A stretch of 64,000 nucleotides of DNA from Eledone cirrhosa (taxonomy: Eukaryota): assembly GCA_964016885.1 (NCBI GenBank), contig OZ024744.1:41478001-41542000 (forward strand), given 5' to 3'. This document shows, in pieces, positions 41,134 to 53,988 of the stretch. Below the pieces are notes generated by a model. That model searched no databases, was not told where the DNA came from, and saw nothing but the letters and a program-made list of their open reading frames with translations. The translations under genes were made by a program, and so were the position numbers. Numbering within the stretch: position 1 is the first letter of the stretch; each line of letters opens with the position of its first letter.

Positions 41134-42060
41134 GAAGTGATTAAAGTAAAGAATCGCTGCTTTCACCTTTAAAGGGATCTTCTGAAACAAATCAATCTGT
41201 GGACGCAGATAGATAGATAGTGTGTGTGTCTTTATTGCCAGCATGACCCTCCAAAAGGATAACAACATGATGGAAAATGTTTAGATAAATAAATATGAAC
41301 TCAGACTGACTGATGCATAAAGAGACACTCATATAGGTAGATAGAAAGATAGACAGACAGAAAAGAAAAGAAAGAGAGTGTGTGTTTGTGTGGAAGGGAT
41401 AAGGGAAAAGAGAGAGATGTAGTAAGAGTGAAGATTAATCCTGTATAGCATATAGTTCAACTTCTAATACTACTAATCACTACTATAGCAACTACTAATA
41501 ATAAATATATTATTCCTAATAACAATCAGCTTTTTGTTGAAAGATGGGTGAGAGAGGCAAGAATGGCCCGAGTGAGTGGACCTACTCTGAGTATATGCCT
41601 GTAAATTGAAGGTGGAAAACTGGGAGAGGACAATTGCCCTGGTGGTCAGGGTCACCGTGGCTTTTTAATGGGCTTTCTCCACGATGGCCCTCGGAAGTCT
41701 CCCCCCTATTGGGGAATTTTTTCATTTTTCTATTATTACATCCTCTGTTTTTTTGTTTTTTACACGCAGAAATGCCCTTTTGTACCGTCCCGTATTGTCC
41801 TGTACTGTCTTTAATGTCTACTTTGTGTAAACCCTTGTGGTTAATAAAGAAAGCATTATTATGTATCTCTCCAGAAACAATCTTATATTTAGTACAGGCA
41901 CTACTTGTTGCCTGTTTAGTTTTTATCAACATTTCCAAGCAAGCATATCACTTCTATTTGACCAACTAATAGTAAGGTTAAAATGATTGGATTGTTAGTG
42001 TGCGTTGTCATGGTAGCAATGATTTCTAGTATTATATTTATTTATTTATTTATTTGTTAC

Positions 42061-42100
<40 letters not shown>

Positions 42101-42417
42101 TTATCCATTAATGTAGCGGCGTATAATTAATAGTGAATGCATTTCTGAGTTTAACCATTTATGAATAAATGTTTCCTGCTAGATGATGCCCCCCTAACCA
42201 CCCAGCCACCCACACATTAAAGGAAAAAAAAGGAAAGAAATAACAAAAAATAGCAAAAAATAAAGATAAAGATAAAAATAAAAATATAAATGCGTAGGAT
42301 GAAGAGAGGATATAATTGGTCCGGAAATAATTTCAATTATAACTATATTTAGTGCGTGGGAAGTACCATCACAAATACAAACACAAATGCATACATCCAT
42401 TTTGTACAAACTAATAA

Positions 42418-42580
<163 letters not shown>

Positions 42581-43794
42581 GTGTGCGTGCGTGTTTCATG
42601 TATTTGTAGTGAAGCTTACAAAGAGTAAGCAGGAATGGCTATTCAAGATTTAGAGGAGCTCTAAGTAATAGAGATATAACTACAATGTCAGGAATGGTAT
42701 GAATAATGGAAATCATATATCACTTGTGGATACATTTCCCTTATATACAAAAGACCACAAAGTAAACTATAGAATATAGAGTGGGGTGTATATAGCACAG
42801 ATGAAAACATAACCAGTAAACTGAGCATGCTGTTTGCCCATTACGACAATTATTACTGAAACTTATGGAAGGCACATGGTTTAGTGGTTAGGGTGTTAGG
42901 ATCATGATTGTAAGGTCAGGAGTTCAATTCTTGTTGGTGCATTTTTTCTTTTCCTTTTTATTTTCATGTTGCTACAGTCCACTAAATTCTAAAAAATCTA
43001 AAGTCTGTCTCGAACGTTGAGGCTCATCAGTCTGGTGTTTTTCCTGATGTTTGTGGTGTGAAGCGAATTAGAGTACAAAACTCTCTTCCTGAACACGATG
43101 CAAGTTCATTACATGGTTAAACCCTCAGCTATTGCTGGTATTCATTTTCAGCTGAATATACTGGAGCAACATGAAATAAAGTGTTTTGATCAAGGGCAGA
43201 ACACACAAATTGGTTGAGGAATTGAATCCACAACATCCTTACCACTAGGCCACAATTTTGATACCCAACTGGCTGAAACTAGTTGTCTGTCTGTCAATTT
43301 ATCTGCTTGTTTATCTGCCTGTCTATCTTTTATATATATTTTTAATGTTTTACTTTCATTTTCCTGTTTTCTGACTGCCCAAAGATGATAAAAACACATA
43401 CAGGAGAATGGTAATGAATTGAGCAAATGACATTAGCTGGAACTTTCCAATCATTGGCTCCTCAATTGAACCTTCATGGTTTTGACACTAAAGAGAGTGA
43501 TATTCCCTCAGATTGTGTAAACAATGTTAAAATGCTCTGTAATTATACTGTAGGTCATATGGATCCTGCTTTCTTTTCTTACCTGCAGAGAATCCAGGAC
43601 CACATCATACATTATTTCATTTTTTAAAGAGAGTAGAGAGTAATTTGTGGGAGATTTGCCTACTATCAAGTGTATATATAGAGATATCAAGTGCATATAT
43701 AGAGAGATGTTCCCCTGTTGGGGACTCTCAAATGACCAAAACCAGTTAACCCTCTTGTAACTATATTTATAAAAGATTTTTTTTAAATACTTAC

Positions 43795-43986
43795 CAAATA
43801 CCATTGCTTTTGATAAAAGGGATCTGTAGGTTCAGGTAGCATTTTGAAACGTTTATCAACATTCCTTAATTTTGGTGATATCTGAGGATAAACTTGTACA
43901 CTTCCTTCTTGTTGAATGAGCTTTGAAAGAGGTTTGAAACCGCGCTTTTGCCTCACATAACCACTTTGTTGTACAGCGAATTTTAC
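43795..43986 (-). CDS. PCSK2: Prohormone convertase 2 coding exon: end of prodomain, RQKR autocleavage site, start of mature enzyme
   Basis: 192-bp exon with acceptor cttttcttttgaatag and donor gtaagt. Encodes VKFAVQQSGYVRQKRGFKPLSKLIQQEGSVQVYPQISPKLRNVDKRFKMLPEPTDPFYQKQWYL (PC2 motifs AVQQ.G..R.KRG and P.DP....QWYL). Not shown in the supplied ORF track in this frame. Confidence 0.93.
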
Positions 43987-44473
43987 CTATTCAAAAGAAA
44001 AGGAATTTTAAAGATTAAAAATAAAGGGGTTAACCTTGTGGACATCATGATATGCTTCATGCTCATTATGGATTCTTTTTGAAACAATCTAATTCCCCTC
44101 TTGGTGCCAACCCTTTTAGTTGACTCTGGATACACACAATAGTTTCAGAATAAGCAAGAATTTAAACATCCATCACACATACGTAACAATTTACAAAATT
44201 GTTGAATAATGTATTTTGCTATACATGACAGGCAAACAGTTTAAATCTTGATTATATTGACAAGTCCTTTAGCACAAAATTCTAGGCTTCACAGCTTATA
44301 AGAATACATATATCCTACTTTATTAATTGAGTACTATTCCCCCCATTTGTAGTTCTAAGCCTGTGTATGGGATATATATATCATCATCATCATTTTACAT
44401 CCGATTTTCCCTGTGTATGTGTGTTATATTTAAGTGAATAACTATGTGTATATGTTGTGTATTGGAATTTGTT

Positions 44474-45310
44474 TAACATTACCTATTGAGTACGCTGAGA
44501 TGCAACTGGTCGTAGCAGTGATACCTATGCTAGTTCTGTCAACTTATTATTTTCTCCCAACTAGCAGATTAAAAATGAGAGTAAGTTGAACAATTTTTCA
44601 CATTTTTTATTATTGTGTTTTGTTTTGATATACACTCTAACTCCTGTTATAAATTGTCTTTCTCACTCACCTATTGAATCATACAAGTTGTGAAATAGAT
44701 TGGTTTACGCACGTGGTTGGTTTAACTGTGTAATCACTGTTGGCATTTAATGTCCGGAAAAGGTTGTAGGCACTACCACTGTTACTATCGCATTATTTCT
44801 CACCATAGGAGAATGCTACCATTCTATTATACAGCAATTTGAGATAGAATTTTTCTAATAACCAATTCTTCACTAACTTATTAATTTGTGTTTGAGAAAC
44901 ATCGTCTGAGAGCTTATGACAGCAACAGAACTAGTTGAATTCTCGTCTCCTGCCATCACATAAATTTATAAATTGGTAGCCAATCAGGGGACAGCATAGT
45001 GATGTGTAGAGATCCAAGTTGCTAATCGCTTTACTGTGTTGGCCATCACAAACAGTCATAGCCAGCACGGACTGGAGTTGAATTCTGTCGATCGATTGGT
45101 TATTGATTAGTCACATGCGCTGATTATGCATTATTGCATAATATATGCAGATAGAGGGTGCATTAAGTGTGGTCGAAACTCGAGTTAGGGAATAAGGTAC
45201 CCGTTTACGTGTATTGTATTGAAGTGAATACCTGTGTAACATTACCTATTGAGTACACTGAGATACAACCGGTCCTAGCAGTGATACCTATGTTAGTTCT
45301 GCCAACTTAT
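44474..45310. repeat. ~74-bp direct repeats 763 bp apart (partial tandem, pLTR-like)
   Basis: TAACATTACCTATTGAGTAC..AGCAGTGATACCTATG..AACTTAT at 44474-44547 and 45237-45310. GAAACTCGAGTT half-hammerhead at ~45175-45186. Confidence 0.7.
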
Positions 45311-45470
45311 ATATATGTATATGTACTCTCAAAAGTGTGAACCTAATAAACTACCATTTATACTGCCTCTCCGTTTTTTGTTCCTGTCCAATATTTAACT
45401 ATACATATATATATATATGTGTGTGTGTATCTATGTATATATATATATATGTATATGTATATATATATGT

Positions 45471-45504
<34 letters not shown>

Positions 45505-45776
45505 ATAATCAAGGAAAAGCAAATAAAGAAAAATGTTTAAATAAATTTCCAAAAATTCACTGTACTTACTATATGTGCCTTTACCACACTTGCATACGGT
45601 CGGACTATACTTGTATCCCTATGTGTATTATTTATATGTATATATATATATATATGTATATATACAGTTTTACAAGAGATGTCAACATGAATGGACCTGT
45701 TATTTTTATCTAAAGACATTTTTTCCAATTCCCTCCTGCCCGTCCTCTCAATCTATCTTATTTCTCATTCTTTCTT

Positions 45777-45804
45777 CTGATGAAGGACTACCGTCCGAAA
45801 CGTT
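45777..45804 (+). ncRNA. Minimal hammerhead-like motif of PLE 3'-end type
   Basis: CTGATGA-A-GGAC(TACC)GTCC-GAAA-CG-TT. Stem I is not evident. Decayed paralog at ~49493-49519 with similar downstream sequence. Confidence 0.65.
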
Positions 45805-45892
45805 AATACCCTCTTCCTGCTATATCAAGCGTTAACCTAATATATCGCTTCCGTATACTGTACAGATTGTGTTGTTATTTCTGTTTACCTTT

Positions 45893-45941
<49 letters not shown>

Positions 45942-45995
45942 TCATCATCATCATCATCATCATCATTTTACGTCCGCTTTTCCCTGCTTGCAAGA

Positions 45996-46048
<53 letters not shown>

Positions 46049-46262
46049 ATACTTTGGGAGGGTCATGTTGCCAATAAGAAAAAATTTTAAAACATTTTTT
46101 AAATTCATAATAAATTGGAGTGAAAGCACGGGTGCGTGTGTTTCTTATTGGCAACGTGACCCTCCCAAAGTATAACAATATCGGTTTCAACACACGTTTT
46201 CAGATAGGGAATCTTGCTAAACAAATTCAGAAACGAAATATATATATATTTATATATATATA

Positions 46263-46300
46263 CGAGCTGAGGATCCGCTAGGGTGAAACAATTGTTCTCG
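46263..46300 (+). ncRNA. Minimal type I hammerhead ribozyme (identical copy at 48394-48431)
   Basis: CGAG-CTGAGGA-tcc(gcta)gggt-GAAA-CAATTG-TT-CTCG; palindromic stem III ACAATTGT. Confidence 0.75.
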
Positions 46301-46811
46301 GTATGGTGGACTAACTGTTGTGTAACCACTTCTACCTAACTCGTCCCATGGACTGAGTGCTCTACCACTACCGATATTACCTTCCAGTGTTCTACCACTA
46401 TCTCTCTCTATATATATATATAGGAAAAAAAGTTGATGCAATTGGAGTTATTAAGAATGTTTATTTACAATAATTTATAACTTTACTGGTTTCACAATTT
46501 TCAAATGTTAAGAGAGACAGATAAATGCGTGGCTATGCCAACATGTAGGTAATATATATAAATGTGTGTTTGTGTGTGTGTATATGTTCATTCTTTGTTT
46601 TGTTATCATCTCATATGCATCTTACCAACAGAGCAGTTTCCCAAAGCTATTGTGTAAATTGGCATTACAGGTGCGATACCAAATTAATGTATGAATTAAT
46701 AATATTTAATTTAATAGCAAATATTCAGCTGATTGTCTTACGTAACTGTGCATTTTCTTTTAATACTATATTTATATTATAAATACAATGCTACACTCAC
46801 CATTACTCTCC

Positions 46812-46894
<83 letters not shown>

Positions 46895-46908
46895 GATAAG
46901 CAGAACAA

Positions 46909-46945
<37 letters not shown>

Positions 46946-47107
46946 TATAGTGGTAGTAAGTTGACCTCCCTGCCTTTGCTTCTATCTTTACACACGGCTC
47001 TTGAAAGAATTGCTCCCACATCATTCATTCTCATCTCGGGAACAATTTTCAATAGCGCCAGTTCGTAATTTGAACTCCGGAATTTTATATTCTTTGAGTG
47101 AAAAGAT

Positions 47108-47191
47108 CCTTCTGACGAGAGTTTATCTTTGCAACGGATGCCGTATGGACTGTCCGTTTATTTTTGAGACTCGAAACCGATTCGGTAAAGG
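47108..47191 (+). ncRNA. Type I hammerhead ribozyme with extended stem II
   Basis: CCTT-CTGACGA-GAGTTT...(AACGGA/TCCGTT inner helix)...AGACTC-GAAA-CCGATTCGG-TA-AAGG; GUA triplet. Confidence 0.85.
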
Positions 47192-47259
47192 TTACCAAAG
47201 TGAGTAAAGTTAATTTTTTAAAATTTATTTTGAAACTTTTTCTTATTTGCTAAACCTTG

Positions 47260-47310
<51 letters not shown>

Positions 47311-47321
47311 CATGTATATAT

Positions 47322-48080
47322 ATATGAAAACAGGGAGAAAGAGACGATTATGAGGAAGAAAAAAATATTTTTTTCCTTTTTTGTTTCTCTCACTCTTTTT
47401 TTTCTGGGTTAGAAAATGATTAAAACGAAATGTTTTACTTTGTATGAAGTGTTAAGGTATTAGTTGATTCATTTATTATTTAACAATGGCATTTATTTAT
47501 CTATTTATATATCTAATGATTGTCTATTACCGGTTTCAGCATTTATATGCATTATCAAATGATAGTGAAATGAATTAGTGTGGTGTCGCACATGTTAAAC
47601 AGAAGGTGCAGAAAGAATAATGTTATTTACAAACAAGGTTTAAGAAGTGGAAACAAAAAAAGAAAAAGGAAAAAAAACGTGCATAATGTGGAACGTAAAA
47701 AGTCAATGTGGAAGAAAAAATAATGTTATTTACAAGCACAGTCATTGAAGTTAAGCAGATCAAAATCTATTAATATAGCAAGAGTGCTTAGTTGAACCAT
47801 GTTCCGTGATGGAGGCAAATGGTGGACTGAGGTTTGATATGATTTCCATTTTTAGAGAGTTAATATGCAGGGGGAAGCAATTCTTGCTGGGTGATATTTA
47901 ATTTATTTAAGAAAAAGGATTAGGTAGGGTGTGAGGGAGGTAACTCTTGTAAATGTTTGATGGTTTGTTTTAGATTGGTCCGATTTTTAGAGCATTGAGT
48001 AGTGGTTGAAATTTATTAATGAAATGTTTCCTTATTGGTACGTTGGATGAAAGTAGCGTTGTCTATGAATTTGTAAAATT
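47322..48080 (-). mobile_element. Longer copy of the 20397-20908 element (HHR-like motif at 47524-47565)
   Basis: High identity to 20397-20908 from the same (TA)n-adjacent end; extends ~240 bp further. Confidence 0.7.
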
Positions 48081-48352
48081 TTTTTTTTTTTTTTCAAAAA
48101 ATTTATAAATTTCCGCTTGGTTGGTACCGCAACCTGACGGTTGTGGAACCAACCAACCAACCAACCAACCAACCATCCGGAAATTTATAAATTTTTTGAA
48201 AAAAGTTTAAAAAAATGTTTTTTATTTATAATAAATTGGAGTGAATGCAACTGGTGCGTGTGTTTCTTATTGGCAACATGACACTCCCAAAGTATAACAA
48301 TATCGGTTTCAACACACGTTTTCAGATAAGGAATCTTGCTAATTCAGAAACG

Positions 48353-48394
<42 letters not shown>

Positions 48395-48476
48395 GAGCTG
48401 AGGATCCGCTAGGGTGAAACAATTGTTCTCGGTATGGTGGACTAACTGTTGTGTAGCCACTTATAAAACCATATTT

Positions 48477-48540
48477 ATTTTATTATACATATTTCAAGGG
48501 CCACCAAGGCAAATTATGGTGCGCTTTCATCAGATAAAAT
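48477..48540 (-). ncRNA. Type I hammerhead ribozyme related to the 24-27 kb PLE family
   Basis: ATTTTAT-CTGATGA-aagcgcacca...tggtggccctt-GAAA-TATGTA-TA-ATAAAAT. The family tail motif ACTCC..AAACTGTTGAGTGCT is at ~48666-48688. Confidence 0.75.
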
Positions 48541-48752
48541 ACAATACAGATTAGTTTTATAAATAAATATTGACATACCGTGAAAAAAGACAACCGTAAC
48601 GGTTGGAGCTTCCTGGATAGTGGTTTTATAAATATAGTTTCCATTTGTTAATATATTGTATATTTACTCCAATAAACTGTTGAGTGCTTTATATCAGTTA
48701 TAAACATATTTTTAAGCTTGTTGAATCCCAACAAATTAAATATAACCTCTGC

Positions 48753-48827
<75 letters not shown>

Positions 48828-51434
48828 TGTGCATATATCATAATATAATAAAGGAAGGAGTACGGGACTATGTCCTGAATATATCTTTTTGTCCCGTTAG
48901 TAAAACAAGTTGGATTACTTTGAATAAATAATGAATCAATATTACATAATTTATGTACTAAATTTTGTAGCTGTTGATTAAACATATATATTCTTATATA
49001 ATGATTGCTTATTTTAAGATTCACTCCTTTTAAAATGTTCAAATGTCAATACTTCCGGTTATGATATAACGGACGCTATATAAACGTTCATATATTTGCA
49101 TCGTTATATCATAACGTTTACATTTCCGTCGCTAATTTTCTCCTTTTTCATTTTCCTTATATTTCGCCGTAATGTAGTTTATATATGATATCGTCTTTTT
49201 TAAATGTATCATGGATTACTTTACTGATTACAGAAGAGGGTATAACACAGTCTCTCTTCAATTTCTGTGTATATTGTCAATTACAATTTTATTTGATGTA
49301 TCATATCTAAATGCATATATATATTTGCATATAATATCAATATGCACACTACACATACTAGCAGAAAAGCACCCTTTGGTGGTTTTTCTGCTAGTATATA
49401 TAAAGCCTGTGTGTTTTTTTTTTGTTTTTCCTCCATTCCTTCTTCTCGCTCTTTATTTTTCTATTTTATCGTTTATTTCTAATTCTATTTCCTTATGAAG
49501 GACTAGTGTCCAAAACATTAAGATTTTTTTCCTGCTACTTCAAGCATTAAACTAATATATTTCTTCAATGTAATGTATCATTTGCTTTGTTATTTCTGTT
49601 TACCTTTACATATATCCTCACAATTTAACGTCCATTTTTCCACACTAGCATGTATATATATATGAGTAAGACATGGTCACGTGACCCAACTTGCCTCAAA
49701 TAAGACAACCCGTCTAACCCATGCCCGCATGGAAAATGGATGTTAAACGATGATAATGATGATATATATATTCATATACATTATATGAATAAAATCTCAA
49801 CACAAATGCATGCTACCTAAGGTTTCAAACTTCAATCAGCAGAGGACAGAGGCCTTCTATATCTGCTAGTTTAGTTCAATGAAGAAAGTAGAATGCTGCA
49901 ACACAGCAAAGTGATACCGTTTTGTACGATTGTTTCGGTAAAAATAAATTCTCTTACTTCCACTATATTATGTAGTTTGAATTGTGACTCAAGTGTTATT
50001 TATATCTTTGAAGAAATATATAAGATGATTTTCAATATAGCAAGAAGGTTGTTATAACAACGAATCGTTATAAAAACAATTCTGTCATGCATAACAAATA
50101 TAGTGTTAAATCCAGTGAAATTAATATCAAAAATAGAAAAGAGAAGAAGGAAAGAAACCAAAGTTAGGATAAAAGCTTATAAACCTGATTTTAAAAGAAA
50201 AAAGGTGGAAAAATATTCATTAGTTAGACATGGGGAAAGTAGGAGAGACAGAGGCAGTGACAGTGAGAGTTTGGTTTGTTTGTGTTCGGACATAGTTTAT
50301 ATGTATGTTTCATGGACACATGCTCAAAATAATGCTTTCTTATAAAGGACGTTCAAAGAAATATATTTTAAAAATATTTAAAAAGTTATAAAAAATTATA
50401 AAAGTAATAAAAGATGGAATATAAAAAATATATTAAAGATTAGAAGAATATTAGAAAACTTAATTCTAGATTATTTCTAATAGATTATTATCAAATATTT
50501 AGATAGCTAATGCATAGAAAATTTAACACTGTTATGACAATCAATAAAGTCAAAATGAGGGATATTATTCTATCTTATAATTATCACTCATGGTATTATC
50601 AAATATATAATTATAATGTCAATATATGTTTACTAGAGATAAAACAATAGATATATATAATTATAGAGGATATAATTTGTCATCAAGCAACTATATTTAC
50701 AGTTATTATTCTGCATTTGAGTTTTCCTATATTTTCCATGAACCTCATAATCTCTGAATGAAAATTCAAACTTTGCATACATTGTTTCTTCATATTTCAA
50801 AGTTGTTTGATTTGGCTTCTAAATTAGACAGTGATTGTTCTCAAGGGCTATTTAGCTTATTGGTTAGAGCAGTCAGCCCCTATCTGAGAAATATGCAGTT
50901 TGATTCTACATAGCAACCACTGGCCAATTTTTCTGTCTACATGGGGTTCTTTACCATATTTCTTATGCTATATACAACAAGCAATTTTATTTTATTTACC
51001 TTTATTTTTTGGGATCTGAATTTCTCTAGATTTTATGTGAGAAAGTTCAAATTTGCATATGATATATATATATATATATATATGTATAAGCATATCTATA
51101 TATACTGTCATGACAAAAAGCACCCGAACCCAGCACTCACTGTAAATAAGGTTGGTGCTAGGAAGGGCATCCAGGTGTAGAAACCCAGTCAAAATCAGTT
51201 CTGTACAGGCAACACTTGTTCACCTGACCTAGCATTGCTCACAACAGGATAACTTTCTAACCCATGCCAACAAGGACAAATGGACGTCAAACAGAGATGA
51301 AGATGATGATGTATAACGGCCAGTATAACAGGCCAAGTCTGAGTTAATAGCACAACCTGGTATATTTAAATATATATGTGATGATGATGATGATGATATA
51401 TAAATATATATGTGATGATGATATATAAATATAT

Positions 51435-51870
51435 GGCTTAATGGTTAGAGCATTGGGCTTGCAATCGAAAGGTTGTGAGTTCAATTCTCAGACCGGGTGA
51501 TGTGTTGTTTCCTTGAGCAAGACACTTTATTTCACATTTCTCCAGTTTACTCAGCTGTAGAAATGAGATGATAGAGACTGCAGTGCCTATCATTCCACTG
51601 CGGTACCTATCCATCCACTCTGCATATATATATATATACATGCATATATATATCATCATTTCATTTTACGTCTGCTTTTCCCTGCTTGCAAGGGTGGGAC
51701 GGGAACTGATTCTGGCTTGATTTCTACAGCTGGATGCCCTTCCTAACACCAACCTCATTTACAGTGAGTGCTGGGTGCTTTTTTGCCGTGGCGCCTACAC
51801 GTCCACTTTGCAGTGGAATGATAGGGAACCCAGTCCCTATCATCTCATTTCTACAACTGAGTAAACTGTA
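51435..51870. mobile_element. Two SINE family B fragments in opposite orientation
   Basis: Head half on + (51435-51600); tail half on - (51655-51870). Confidence 0.8.
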
Positions 51871-51894
51871 TATATATGTATATATATATATATG

Positions 51895-52875
51895 TATGAT
51901 GCTCAGGATTTGGTCAACGTTTTTTCTGCTGCATGCAAAGCCTTCGACTTAACTACCAGCATTAAGAAAATTGAGGTCATACATCAACCTCCTCCTTCTC
52001 CAAAAACCATAAGAGGTGTGAAGCAGAAACCACCAGTTCATGAAATTCCACCTAACAGAATCATGGTAGAGGACAAGCAACTCAAGTATGTTGATAATTT
52101 CACATACTTAGGAAGCAAGGTTAACCGCAGTGCTTCTCTTGATGACGAAGTCACTAACCGCATCTCCAAAGGTTCCTCTGCATTTAGTAAACTCAGTCAT
52201 CGTCTTTGGAATAAAAAGGTTGTAAGTGTATAAGGCAGTTGTTCTCACCACTTTGCTTTAAGGATCAGAATCCTGGACACCATACCGGTCACACATAAAC
52301 CATCTGGATGTGTTCCACAAGGGATGTTTGAGATCCATCTGTTTTCATGTATGAGAAGATAAAATCTCCAACGGCAATATCCTAACCAAATGCAACATTG
52401 GGGGAATTGAAACTTTCCTTATGCAATCTGAGCTTTGTTCGGCTGGCCATGTCATCTGCATGAGTGACAACAGAATTTCCAAAGTCCCCATGTATGGCCA
52501 ACAGCAACAGGAAGGTTGGTAGAGCATGGCTACAATATAAGGGTAAGTTAAAATCAAATCTCACTGCTCTTGCAATCCCTTGCTGTGATTGTGAACAAAT
52601 TGCTGCTGATAGAAAGGACTGGAGAGAAAGGTACCATAGTGTGATCAAGAGCTTTGAATCCAGTTGCATAGAGAAATAGCGTGTTGACCGAACAGGGACG
52701 GAACAACGGGCATTGATACCTGCAAGACTCTCCATAAACTCTTGCTTTTGTGATCTATGTGGCTTGGTCTGTGGGTCTCTGGTGGGATTGAAATGTCACA
52801 TGAGACACCGCCATCCGAAGAGCTGAACATTTGTTGGACACTCGTAAGTCAGATATCGACGGGAGAATCCATCAT
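51895..52875 (+). mobile_element. 3' 1 kb of a distinct RTE/BovB-like LINE, decayed
   Basis: LKYVDNFTYLGS..SLDDEVTNRISKGSSAFSKLSHRLW, YKAVVLTTLL.GSESWT, AGHVICMSDNRISK. No Cys-rich insert at the position where the other RTE families have one. Confidence 0.88.
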
Positions 52876-53957
52876 ATATATATATATATTTGGTTATATG
52901 ACCATACTGTTATTTTGTTTGTTCAGGCATGCAGCCTATAAGTTTAGGTGTTCATCTCCACCTCTAGCCATGATCAAACTTACAATGGACTGGTATTCTG
53001 TTTTGTATTCTTAGTTGCTGAATGCTCCATGAAATCAAAATAAAGTCTGTTCTTCTTCCAAACTGAGCCAGCCTGGTAAAGCAAATTTAAAACCAACAAG
53101 GAGTCATTAGTTTATATCTTTCTTATTACAAAACTGAGCCATTTAATTAAACATTTCAGTGTTGCCCAGGTGATACTTGCAGCTTTCTTAATCAACTTGA
53201 AAACAAAGTCTATAGTTACCTGAGAGATTCTGGCTTGTCTTTTGAAAGAATCCTCAGGGGACGCAAAACAAGAAACTATCTTATGTTATTGTTATGGATA
53301 AAATAAATTGTGGTGGTTTAACATTATTGATTTGTCTAAGAGAGTAAATAGGTAATTACCTTTCCCTTTTGGTCAGTACAGATCAGAATGGTATTAAGTA
53401 AGAATACAAATTAATGCTTACTTTCTAATTGATGTAACGTTAACAATGATATCCAGTCTTTATATTTCATTTAACAGCACTCTATTACTAATTTCTCAGT
53501 TGACACTTGTGTACTGTTGTAGAAATAATGGTAAATGGCTAGGGCATTACTGATATTCTATATTGATGGCATCATTAAAAGTCAGTGGAAAGCTTTCCAT
53601 TTTTAATGAGGAGAATATATGTGATCCAAGAGAATTATATATTCTCATTTCTGTCAACCTTGTTTAGAATTCACTATTTAGTTTACAACAAGAGAACAAT
53701 ATATTCTGTTGACATAGTAACTTTAAGGAGATTTAGAGAAATTTTAGACAAGATATTCTTTTACTGGTTTCAGTCATTAAACTGCAGCCATGCTACATTG
53801 AGAGGTTTTAGTTCATCATATTATCACCAGTACTTATTTTGCCGAGTCTGGTACTTATTTTAAACATCTCTTTATGTCAAACAACTAAGTTACAGGAGTT
53901 AGACATAGACACACATGTAAACACAAGAATGGATATACACAGTGACTCATTCTCTTG

Positions 53958-53988
<31 letters not shown>

